Shown: positions 6,510 to 14,146, counted from the stretch's first letter. The stretch is 39,022 nucleotides of DNA from Chloroflexota bacterium (GCA_037443025.1 JBBIPD010000001.1:1-39022), one strand, 5' to 3'. The notes: generated by a model from the letters alone, not told the origin. Numbers and translations: made by a program.

Positions 6510-7043
6510 ATGGGTAAAGGCGGCGATGTAGACATGGATGTGGATGCAAATATCGATTCGTCGAACAGCGTCGAAATCGTCGGGTTGGACGATATCGGGA
6601 TGCGCATGGAGCTCGTTGTCCCTGAGCCAATCCGCACCGAAGGGCGCAACGAGTTTGCCATCACCGAGCCAATCCGCATGCAGAATGAAATCTCAGCCGA
6701 TCTGGATGTTGATACCACCATGGATATCAAGCCTATCCAGCTCAGCAACGATATAGACCTGGATATCCGACCGGTGGTGATGGATCTGTGCTTCAAGCTG
6801 GAATTTGGCGCACCCCCGCCCACCTGCATTCGCCAGCCCTATAGCCACCACTTCGGAATTACCCTGTTCGGCATGGAGGTGCTGGGGTTCAACTTTTCAG
6901 GCGAATCGCGCATCATCGTGGATGAACTGCCCAAGAAACCGCAGGTCGTCCTGGGAGGCAGCCATGGCGGCAAGCATGTCGCCGGCGGTCGCTCGCAGGG
7001 GAAAAGCGGTTCCGAGGACAGTCTGCGGATTCGATTCGATTAG
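6510..7043 (+). CDS. Hypothetical acidic-repeat protein (177 aa), first gene of the operon
   Basis: GGAGG at 6499-6503 lies 6 nt before ATG 6510 (track ORF starts at 6492). The N-terminal half is Asp-rich with internal repeats (VPEPIRTEGRNEFA / ITEPIRMQNEISA; DLDVDTTMDIKPI / DIDLDIRPV). The C-terminus is Gly/basic. There is no signal peptide or TM helix and no family I can name. Confidence 0.6.
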   Translation: MGKGGDVDMDVDANIDSSNSVEIVGLDDIGMRMELVVPEPIRTEGRNEFAITEPIRMQNEISADLDVDTTMDIKPIQLSNDIDLDIRPVVMDLCFKLEFGAPPPTCIRQPYSHHFGITLFGMEVLGFNFSGESRIIVDELPKKPQVVLGGSHGGKHVAGGRSQGKSGSEDSLRIRFD

Positions 7044-7054
7044 GAGGCGCAGCC

Positions 7055-7888
7055 ATGCCTGCCAAGAAGAAAGTCGCCGGTGTTGAAGCCGTGGAGAGCC
7101 CGGGCGAAAAGCCCATTATCTTGATGGGGCAGCCGGGCGCTCTCAAGGGCGAGTTGTTCCTGCACAATCCAGGAGAAGGGCGCATGGTCTTCAGAGGGGC
7201 TGAACTGCGCAGCCGTGAAGCGGAGATGCTCAAAACAGGTCGGGCGGTGGAGCAATGGATGGTCTCGCGCAAAGTGCCTGCCGTGACCGTCAAACCGGGC
7301 GAGAGGCGGCGCGTCCCACTGCGCTTTGCCCTCGACCCCACCACACCCCCCGGCGAGTATCACGCCCTGCTCCAGATGGCAGACCGAAGCTGGCAAGTTA
7401 TTTTCCAGGTGACCGAGCGCATCGCTCTCGAAATCTCCCCCGCCGTGCTGGTGATTCATAATCGTCCTGGCTCCACCGCGGTCAAGCAAATCGTCCTCAG
7501 GAATGCCGGCAATGTCGAACTGACCATTGAGGAAATCTCAGCCGTCCCCCTGGACGACGAGCTAGTCCAGTGCCGCATCCTCAGGGCGGTGGCGGCGGCG
7601 ATTGGCTCTCAGGAGGAGAGCAAGCTGGATGACATCCTGACCGAGTTTGCCCATCAGTCCAAAGCCGTCCTGGACCAGGCTGGCATCCTGCGCGTGCGCA
7701 ATCGCTCCGGCAGATTTACCTTGCAGCCGGGCGAAGTGCGCCGCATCGAAATCGAGATACGGCTGCCCGAGTCGTTAGAAAAACGCAGCCGCTATCGAGC
7801 CGTTCTTCCAATCTACAACGCCGATCTCACCTTCTCCATCACCCCGTCATTAGAAGGTCAGGCGCCCAATAAACCCGCAGGAAACTAG
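7055..7888 (+). CDS. Hypothetical protein with two beta-sandwich-like modules (277 aa)
   Basis: AGGAGG at 7042-7047 overlaps the upstream stop. Strand-turn patterns are typical of Ig-like/ASH/CARDB-type domains (VTVKPGERRRVPLRFALDPTTPPGEYHALL; VKQIVLRNAGNVELTIEEIS; FTLQPGEVRRIEIEIRLP). No signal peptide. Confidence 0.6.
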   Translation: MPAKKKVAGVEAVESPGEKPIILMGQPGALKGELFLHNPGEGRMVFRGAELRSREAEMLKTGRAVEQWMVSRKVPAVTVKPGERRRVPLRFALDPTTPPGEYHALLQMADRSWQVIFQVTERIALEISPAVLVIHNRPGSTAVKQIVLRNAGNVELTIEEISAVPLDDELVQCRILRAVAAAIGSQEESKLDDILTEFAHQSKAVLDQAGILRVRNRSGRFTLQPGEVRRIEIEIRLPESLEKRSRYRAVLPIYNADLTFSITPSLEGQAPNKPAGN

Positions 7889-7953
7889 CTCCCCCTGCAA
7901 AGTCGCTCGGTCTGGAATCCGACAGAAGACGATATTCATTTGAGAGGTGGCGT

Positions 7954-8676
7954 ATGGATGACCAACATGAACAATATAGAACTCGCAGGGGGGCAAGGAT
8001 GTCCGGCGAGGGACCAACCGCGGCAGATTTGCTCGAACAAATGAATCAACTCAACCAGACGATATCCACCATGATTATGGCTGGCTTGAACCAGATTCTG
8101 GCGGCGGGCGGGGCAGCGACCACCGCCCCAGGTCGCAGGCGGGGCGAGCCGGAGCGCGAACACCGCCATAAACGCAGACACGAGGAGTGCTGCGACTGCC
8201 CGGAATGCGAGCGGGATGAGTGCTACTGCCGCTGCTGCATTGGCGACGCCGACCTGGTGATTTACGCCCGATTGTTTGAGCTGCGCGTGATTCCCATCAC
8301 TCTGGTCAACGAGCGCCGGCGAGAGAAGAAAATTCATCTAGAGCTGAGCGAGTTTAAAACCCGCGGCGGGGAGACCCTGGGCGTGAGAGGGGTGCTCCTG
8401 CCGCCGGTTGATTTTACGCTCCCGCCTTGTGGAGAGCAGAAGATCGTCATCGCCGTCGAGACCTTCCCCGGCGGCGAACAGCCCGGCGCTCAAGGCGTCT
8501 CCAGATTTCAGACCGCGGCGGAGGCGCGCGAGCTCCCGGATGTGGATGAATGTAAGGTGCTGTACGCCGATTTGCGCGTGGAGGGCTGCGATATCCGCCC
8601 CATCCGCATCGCCCTGGCGCTCCTTCCCCGCGACTGCGACGATTACGAGATTGACTGCGGTTGTAGCTGCTGCTGA
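7954..8676 (+). CDS. Hypothetical cysteine-rich protein (240 aa): helical N-terminus, Cys cluster, beta-sandwich-like core, C-terminal CGCSCC
   Basis: GAGAGGTGG SD lies just upstream. There are 8 Cys within 17 residues (CCDCPECERDECYCRCC) and 4 Cys in the last 6 residues. The core is paralogous to the middle of the 9796-10839 product. Confidence 0.65.
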   Translation: MDDQHEQYRTRRGARMSGEGPTAADLLEQMNQLNQTISTMIMAGLNQILAAGGAATTAPGRRRGEPEREHRHKRRHEECCDCPECERDECYCRCCIGDADLVIYARLFELRVIPITLVNERRREKKIHLELSEFKTRGGETLGVRGVLLPPVDFTLPPCGEQKIVIAVETFPGGEQPGAQGVSRFQTAAEARELPDVDECKVLYADLRVEGCDIRPIRIALALLPRDCDDYEIDCGCSCC

Positions 8677-8749
8677 GCGCCGAGGTAGCCCGCAGACTGC
8701 CCAATTCAGATAGCCGTCCGCTCTTGCGGGTCGGCTTGCCACAGGAATC

Positions 8750-9778
8750 ATGCAAACCAACCGTTTGGAATCCTACCTGGCAGAGTGCCGGGAGATGGTG
8801 CTGGAGGAGATTCGCGAGATTGTGCCGCAAAATCGCTATCGGGCGATTTTGTACGATCTGATTCTGGATTACCCTCTGCGCATGGGCAAAGCCTTCAGAC
8901 CTGCGCTGTGCATTGCCACCTGCCGCGCTTTGGGAGGGCGCTTGCAGGATGTCATTCACACTGCGGCGGTCCTGGAATTGCTGCACAACGCCTTCCTGGT
9001 GCATGATGATCTGGAGGATGGCTCTCTGCTGCGCCGCGGCTCTCCGACTCTGCACCAGGAATACGGCGTACCGATTGCGGTCAATGTGGGCGACGGCGCC
9101 TTTGTGCTTACCCTGCAACCCTTGCTGGATAATATGCGCCTGCTGGGGATGACCAAAGCCCTGCGCATCTTGCAGATTATCGCCCAGATGTCGCGGGAGT
9201 CGGTCGAGGGGCAGGCAGTCGAACTGGACTGGGTGCGCCAGGGCAATTGGAGCCTGCGCGACCAAGATTACTGCCTGATGGTCTATAAAAAAACCTGCTG
9301 GTACACATTCATCGCTCCCATGCAAATCGGCGGTGTGATTACCGACCTGGACGAGCGACGGATGACTTTACTGCGGCGCTACGCGAGCTACGTGGGCGTG
9401 GCGTTCCAGATACAGGATGATGTGCTTAACCTGGCGGCAGACGAGAAACGTTACGGTAAGGAGATTGGCGGCGATCTGTGGGAGGGCAAGCACACTTTGA
9501 TCTTGCTCCACATGTTGCGCAACGCTGCCCCACACGAACGTCAGCAGGCGCTGCGCAGCCTGGATAAGCCGCGCGAACAGAAGACGGAGACGGATATTGC
9601 CTTGCTTTTCGAGCTGATCCATCGCTATCGCAGCCTGAATTACGCCAGACAGGTGGCTTATCGCCTGGCAAAGAAAGCCGAAGACCTGTTGGACAGCGCC
9701 AGGGATTGGATGCCGCCGTCCGTCCATCGGGATTTCATCCACAGCATGGCGCAGCATGTCATTCACAGGGACAAATAA
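8750..9778 (+). CDS. Polyprenyl (trans-isoprenyl) diphosphate synthase, short-chain FPP/GGPP-synthase-like (342 aa)
   Basis: The first Asp-rich motif is LLHNAFLVHDDLEDGSLLRRG and the second is GVAFQIQDDVLNL (DDxxN variant). GKEIGGDLWEGKHT lies downstream. Phe at position -4 of the first motif suggests a short-chain product (inference). Confidence 0.85.
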   Translation: MQTNRLESYLAECREMVLEEIREIVPQNRYRAILYDLILDYPLRMGKAFRPALCIATCRALGGRLQDVIHTAAVLELLHNAFLVHDDLEDGSLLRRGSPTLHQEYGVPIAVNVGDGAFVLTLQPLLDNMRLLGMTKALRILQIIAQMSRESVEGQAVELDWVRQGNWSLRDQDYCLMVYKKTCWYTFIAPMQIGGVITDLDERRMTLLRRYASYVGVAFQIQDDVLNLAADEKRYGKEIGGDLWEGKHTLILLHMLRNAAPHERQQALRSLDKPREQKTETDIALLFELIHRYRSLNYARQVAYRLAKKAEDLLDSARDWMPPSVHRDFIHSMAQHVIHRDK

Positions 9779-9795
9779 AATAACAAGGAATTTCT

Positions 9796-10839
9796 ATGAC
9801 CCAGGACCCTGAAGACATTTCAAAATGGATCCAGGAATTGATCACCCTCTCCTCCCGCCAGCAGGCTCAGGCTCTCCAGCGGTTGAGCGGGCTGATTCAG
9901 CGGGTGAACAGCGGCGAACTCGACCAGAAGGCGGTGCAGCAGGAATACGCCCACTTCATCCGCGATGAATCGGCGCACTTTGTGGAGGATCTCACCCGCC
10001 TGGGATTGAGCTTCCAGACCGCTCTGCTGGAGCTGAACCGCAAATATACCGACCGATTTTTCGAAAAGGTGTTGGGGTCGAGCGCGGCTGAAACTCAGAC
10101 CGCTGACGGACAGACCGGGCGACCCAGAGAAATCGGGATTGTGCTGCGCGGCGTGAGCGGCGAGGAGCTGTTGAAATCCTTCGTGATTGAGAACAAGCGC
10201 AACGACGAGGAGACGGTGACCTTCCTGGTCTCCGAGTTCACCGACGAGGTCGGCGGGGAGGCTTTTCGCCCGCCGTTGCAAATTCAGCCGCCGCGCCTGG
10301 CGCTGCGTCCGGGGGAGGAGCGCATCGTGTCCATCCGTTTGCCTCTGCTGCCCGAGCTGTTTAAGGCGCAGCACACCTATCATGCAACCATCCTTGCCCG
10401 CGGGCATGTAGATGTGGTCCTGGCGCTGCGGGTCGAGGTGAGCAGTCCCGAAATCCATATCAAAGTGGACAAGGAAAACAGCCAGAGCGTCGAGCCGGGG
10501 ATGGTCATCCACGAACCTCCCGCCACGGAGAAGAAACCTGCCCGGAGCGCTGCCCTGGAGGGGAACGGCGGGGTATCCACTGGCGATGATCTGACCCAAA
10601 TCAAGGGCATCGGTCGGGCGTACGCAGAGAGGTTGTATGCGGCGGGCGTGCGCAGCTTTGCCGCTCTTTCCAGGCTGTCGCCTGAGCGGCTGCGGGAGAT
10701 ATTGGGAGACGCCGGCAGTCAGCGGGCGCAGCGGGAAGGATGGATCGAGCAAGCCATGCGGGCGACAGGGGGCAAAAAGGCTGGCAGGGGAGGGTTGCAG
10801 CGGCAGGCGGCTTCAGGCTCGAAGGGGGAGGTCGAATGA
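9796..10839 (+). CDS. Hypothetical protein: helical N-terminus, beta-sandwich-like middle, C-terminal helix-hairpin-helix (347 aa)
   Basis: The middle (VIENKRNDEETVTFLVSEFTDEVGGEAF..PPRLALRPGEERIVSIRL) parallels the 7954-8676 core. The C-terminal LTQIKGIGRAYAERLYAAGVRSFAALSRLSPERL is an HhH motif. The tail is Gly/basic. Confidence 0.65.
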   Translation: MTQDPEDISKWIQELITLSSRQQAQALQRLSGLIQRVNSGELDQKAVQQEYAHFIRDESAHFVEDLTRLGLSFQTALLELNRKYTDRFFEKVLGSSAAETQTADGQTGRPREIGIVLRGVSGEELLKSFVIENKRNDEETVTFLVSEFTDEVGGEAFRPPLQIQPPRLALRPGEERIVSIRLPLLPELFKAQHTYHATILARGHVDVVLALRVEVSSPEIHIKVDKENSQSVEPGMVIHEPPATEKKPARSAALEGNGGVSTGDDLTQIKGIGRAYAERLYAAGVRSFAALSRLSPERLREILGDAGSQRAQREGWIEQAMRATGGKKAGRGGLQRQAASGSKGEVE

Positions 10840-11234
10840 CCACCGAAACCGAACCGGCTGCCATCCGCCTCACCCTGCGCGAGGAGAACGACCTCATCTC
10901 GGATTTTCTGCTCCGGGGACAGCGCTTCCTGATGAAGCACCCGCAGGCATCGCGGGCTTTGATTTTGAGCCTGGTGGAAGAGGGGCGCCGCTTCGCCGCC
11001 ACGCCCGAGGGGCAGCGTTGGCTGGAGGGGCTGGCTGGCTCCGAGCTGGTCAAGCGCGGCGTTCTCGTCTGGGAGGCTTACGGCTTGGACCTGCTGTTGG
11101 AATCGGAGCCGGTGATCACCCCCTCCGCCTGGCTGGAGCTGATGCTGACGGCGCTTGCCAACCCCGACCTGGAGAGCCTCCTCTCCATGCTGATTGTAGA
11201 AGAAATGCGCAGTGGAAATGTCGCCAATATATGA
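10836..11234 (+). CDS. Hypothetical small helical protein (132 aa)
   Basis: ATG 10836 overlaps the upstream TGA (ATGA), with GGGGGAG SD. The track ORF start 10740 lies inside the preceding gene. No recognisable family. Confidence 0.5.
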   Translation: MTTETEPAAIRLTLREENDLISDFLLRGQRFLMKHPQASRALILSLVEEGRRFAATPEGQRWLEGLAGSELVKRGVLVWEAYGLDLLLESEPVITPSAWLELMLTALANPDLESLLSMLIVEEMRSGNVANI

Positions 11235-11541
11235 ACTGCTTCCGGCTTTCAAGGAGCGTAATCAGCTCATCTTTCTGGTGTTGGGCTTGTATTCTGTAAG
11301 CCAGGAGTGGAAACGCCTGCTGGAGGCGCAGGCGCAGAGCGCGCCGCTGCCTCCGCAGACAGAGGCTCCTTTGGAGCAGGAGGATAACAGTCGGGGATTT
11401 GTGTATTTCCTGCTCGGAACAATCGCTTTTTCTGACCGCTTTGCGCGCGCCCTGGACATCGAAAGGATGATCGCCGCCGCGGCGCGGGTCGCAGACCAAC
11501 CCCTCGCTGATTGGGGCGATGTTTTCGATCTTCTGCGTTGA
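11212..11541 (+). CDS. Hypothetical small protein (109 aa)
   Basis: Overlaps the previous gene by 23 nt (17 nt if ATG 11218 is used). No recognisable family. Coding status rests on operon context only. Confidence 0.4.
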   Translation: MEMSPIYELLPAFKERNQLIFLVLGLYSVSQEWKRLLEAQAQSAPLPPQTEAPLEQEDNSRGFVYFLLGTIAFSDRFARALDIERMIAAAARVADQPLADWGDVFDLLR

Positions 11542-11556
11542 GGCAAGGATAGACCG

Positions 11557-12606
11557 ATGGACCTGATGCCCCAGGTGATTGCCCTGACCGATTACTTCCG
11601 CCTGCCGCTCAGCATCGAGAAGGGAGCCCACCGGCATAAAGAGTGGCACCACTTTTGCGTTGTCCATCCCGCTATCCAGGCGATAGTCAATCTGAGCCTG
11701 ATGCGGGCTGCCGGAAATGAGGCGGGCTGGACTGCGCGCCTGATCGCTCTGGTGAAGGACGAGGGCGGGTGGGACGGGGAGGTGGACACCATCCCCAGCC
11801 GGGATGTGCGCGCCAGGCGGGGGAAGCTCGACCTCACCTTTGGGCACAACACGCTGATTTACCAGGATGGGCGCTACAATCTTTCGTTGGCGCTGGAGAG
11901 CCGTCCCATCACCCTGCAACTCCAATTCCAGCCAGCCAGCTACCCGCTTATGCGGCGCAATACGCCCATAGCAAGCGGAAGAATCAACTGGGTTGTTGTG
12001 CCGCGCCTGCTCGCGACGGGGACGATTGTGGTTGGGCGGCGCGTGCATCGTCTGGATAACATGCCCGCCTATCACGATCACAACTGGGGGAGTTGGTCGT
12101 GGGGAGAAGATTTCTCCTGGCAGTGGGGGTATGCCGTCCCGCAGCAAATTGAGTCGCCCTGGAGTGTGGTCTTTGACCGCATGACGAACCGCGGGCGCAA
12201 CGCTGTCCTGGAGTTGAAGCTCTCCTTATGGAAGAACCAAAAGCTGCACCGGCTGTACATGCAGGATGAAGTTGGCATCCAGCAAAGCGGTTTTGTCACC
12301 CAAACCCGCCAGGGCGGTTTCGCCGGGGATGCTCGGCTGGCGAAGTTCCCCCGCCCAATGGCGCTGCTGGCTCCCGAGCGGGCGACGGATGTGCCTCGCC
12401 GGTTCGAGATAACGGCTGAGCGCGGCAGCGACCGGCTGGCGTGTCGCTTCATGCCGGATGATGTGGCGCAGATTATCCTCCCCAACGATACCGACCTGGG
12501 CGTGACCATCATCAACGAGGTGAGCGGGGTGATGAGCGTGGAGGGCGCGGTATCCGGTGAAGCGGTTTTCATGGAAGGCAGGGGATTTTTTGAGTTTCTT
12601 ACCTGA
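11557..12606 (+). CDS. Hypothetical protein, possibly lipocalin-like CrtC/AttH/tocopherol-cyclase superfamily (349 aa)
   Basis: HKEWHHFCVV near the N-terminus and MPAYHDHNWGSWSWGEDFSWQWGY mid-protein recall the EWWY... and (D/E)xNWG signatures of that superfamily. This comes from memory, not a profile search. Confidence 0.6.
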   Translation: MDLMPQVIALTDYFRLPLSIEKGAHRHKEWHHFCVVHPAIQAIVNLSLMRAAGNEAGWTARLIALVKDEGGWDGEVDTIPSRDVRARRGKLDLTFGHNTLIYQDGRYNLSLALESRPITLQLQFQPASYPLMRRNTPIASGRINWVVVPRLLATGTIVVGRRVHRLDNMPAYHDHNWGSWSWGEDFSWQWGYAVPQQIESPWSVVFDRMTNRGRNAVLELKLSLWKNQKLHRLYMQDEVGIQQSGFVTQTRQGGFAGDARLAKFPRPMALLAPERATDVPRRFEITAERGSDRLACRFMPDDVAQIILPNDTDLGVTIINEVSGVMSVEGAVSGEAVFMEGRGFFEFLT

Positions 12607-13036
12607 TAGCGACCGTTTCTCTCATTTCTTGCGGGCATCGTTGGATGTGATGCGGGTCGAGTGCCGCCCTGCTTATGAGCGGTTATGCGAGCTTCTGGAG
12701 GGCAGGCAGGTGCATCTTGCGGTGGACGGCGAGGAGGTCGTTCTCGGTTTTGCCGCAGACGGCGTTACCTTGCTTTCCGAAGCGACGCTGCCCCCGATGG
12801 CGAAGTTGTCGTTCTCCCGCCGGACGATTCTCGACCTGGTGGATGGGTCTATCAGCCTCCAGGATGGCATCATCGAAGGGCGAGTGGGAGTGCAGGGAGG
12901 CATCCAGCAGTTGCTGCTGTTTCACGAGGGTTGGTTGACCTATCTGGGCGGTGCCGCCCGTTGTCCCTCGTTTCCCTACCTGCTTGAGCGCTTCCGCTAT
13001 GCAACAGAGAGGGCGGCGAGTCCGCTGGGGGTGTAG
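12557..13036 (+). CDS. SCP2-like (sterol/lipid carrier) domain protein (up to 159 aa)
   Basis: VHLAVDGEEVVLGFAADGVTL....SFSRRTILDLVDGSISLQDGIIEGRVGVQGGIQQLLLF follows the SCP2 pattern (..tl.dl..G.l....a...G.v.v.G). The start is uncertain: GTG 12557 gives a 50-nt overlap, TTG 12590 a 17-nt overlap, and ATG 12650 is also possible. Confidence 0.5.
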   Translation: MKRFSWKAGDFLSFLPDSDRFSHFLRASLDVMRVECRPAYERLCELLEGRQVHLAVDGEEVVLGFAADGVTLLSEATLPPMAKLSFSRRTILDLVDGSISLQDGIIEGRVGVQGGIQQLLLFHEGWLTYLGGAARCPSFPYLLERFRYATERAASPLGV

Positions 13037-13063
13037 CGGGAGAAGCTGCCCCGGCGCAACGCC

Positions 13064-14146
13064 TCATTCCTCCAGTGTAACTTTACCGATATAACGGAAA
13101 GCCCCCGGGGTGACGCCCAGGCGCTCCGCCAGGCGGTAGCTGAGGAGCTGCACCGGGATAATCTCTGCCAGGGGTAGCCCGGCTCCCTCCGCCTGGGGCA
13201 GGGGCAGATAGCCCTCGCCCGCCTCTTTCTGCGAGATGTCGAGCAGGCGGGCATTCACCCCCAGTTTACGCAGTTCTTCCCACAACTTGCGGTTCAGCCT
13301 CCAGGCGCTGGAGCCGGGTTCGCCGGCGAAGACCCAGGCGCCCATCTCCGGAGATGCCATCTCCAGCGGACCATGGCGGAATTCGCCCGCCTGGAAACCC
13401 AGGGCAGGCGTCTTGGCGGCTTCCTGCAGGTAGAGAGCGCCGCAGAGGGCAGAAGCCAGAGAACTTCCGCGACCAATCAGGGCGATGGTCGGCGGGACGC
13501 CGGGCGGGAGTTTCTCCAGAAAACCATCCATCTGTTCCAGGGCGCTTGCTCGCTGGTCCAGGTAGTATTCAATTGCCTCTGCTGCGGCGGATAAATCGTG
13601 GAGCAGGTCAGCCGCATCTGCGCCGGTAAGCAGCGCCTGGGCGGCGAGTTGAGCGAGCGCCAGAGTGTTGAGGTAGGTGCGGGTGGAGACGGTGGCTTCT
13701 GGCTGTGTATGGAGCAAGAGGAGCTGTCCGTTTTCCCACTCCTGGGCGGCTTTTCCCAACGGACTGTCGGGGTCATTGGTCAATGCCAGCAGCGCCGCAA
13801 CGCGTCGCTGACCGGCGAGGCGCACCAGGCTCACCACCTCGGCGCTGCGCCCGGATTGCGAGGCAACCCAGAGGAGCGTTGCGCCATCTAAGAGCGCCGG
13901 GGCATGGTGAATCAGCTCAGCCGTGTCCACCCACAGCGCTGGAAGCCCGGCGGATGCCAGGCGCAGCCAGGCAGGATAAAGCCCATAAAACGAGGCGCCC
14001 ATTCCGCTCAGGATGAGGCGACCATAGCGCCCGCCATCCAAATCTTTACGTAAGGGTTCCAGGGACGAAAAGTCGCAGGATTTCAATGCCAGGCGCAGCG
14101 CTTGGGGTTGGCTGAGAATATCGGCGAGGTAAGGGTTCATAGACAT
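13064..14146 (-). CDS. SIS-domain sugar-phosphate isomerase/deaminase (GlmS C-terminal-like; AgaS/FrlB/NagB-II type), 360 aa
   Basis: Two SIS modules (LILSGMGASFYGL; VASQSGRSAEVVSL; ALIGRGSSLASA). The start is 2 nt after the ROK stop. Confidence 0.8.
   Translation of the reverse strand: MSMNPYLADILSQPQALRLALKSCDFSSLEPLRKDLDGGRYGRLILSGMGASFYGLYPAWLRLASAGLPALWVDTAELIHHAPALLDGATLLWVASQSGRSAEVVSLVRLAGQRRVAALLALTNDPDSPLGKAAQEWENGQLLLLHTQPEATVSTRTYLNTLALAQLAAQALLTGADAADLLHDLSAAAEAIEYYLDQRASALEQMDGFLEKLPPGVPPTIALIGRGSSLASALCGALYLQEAAKTPALGFQAGEFRHGPLEMASPEMGAWVFAGEPGSSAWRLNRKLWEELRKLGVNARLLDISQKEAGEGYLPLPQAEGAGLPLAEIIPVQLLSYRLAERLGVTPGAFRYIGKVTLEE

Noticed and set aside
6349-6829. Minus-strand ORFs 6349-6630 and 6485-6829 at the head of the operon.
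   Set aside because: They overlap the AT-rich promoter region and the first operon gene, and have no SD or motifs. The plus-strand gene has a strong GGAGG-ATG arrangement.
9820-12147. Long minus-strand ORFs 9820-10752 (310 aa), 10601-11053, 10719-11252 and 11116-12147 (343 aa) inside the nine-gene operon.
   Set aside because: All are antisense to plus-strand genes that have SD sequences and coupled starts. Their translations are Arg/Pro/Gly-rich without motifs, so they are shadow ORFs. I have no independent evidence either way for the ORFan plus-strand genes beyond operon architecture.
6510-13036. Reading the nine-gene operon as an encapsulin, gas-vesicle, microcompartment or anti-phage defence locus.
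   Set aside because: I can see no HK97-like capsid-length protein. GvpA-like or BMC-domain sequences, nuclease, helicase, P-loop, TIR/SIR2 and reverse-transcriptase motifs are also absent. These labels would be unsupported.
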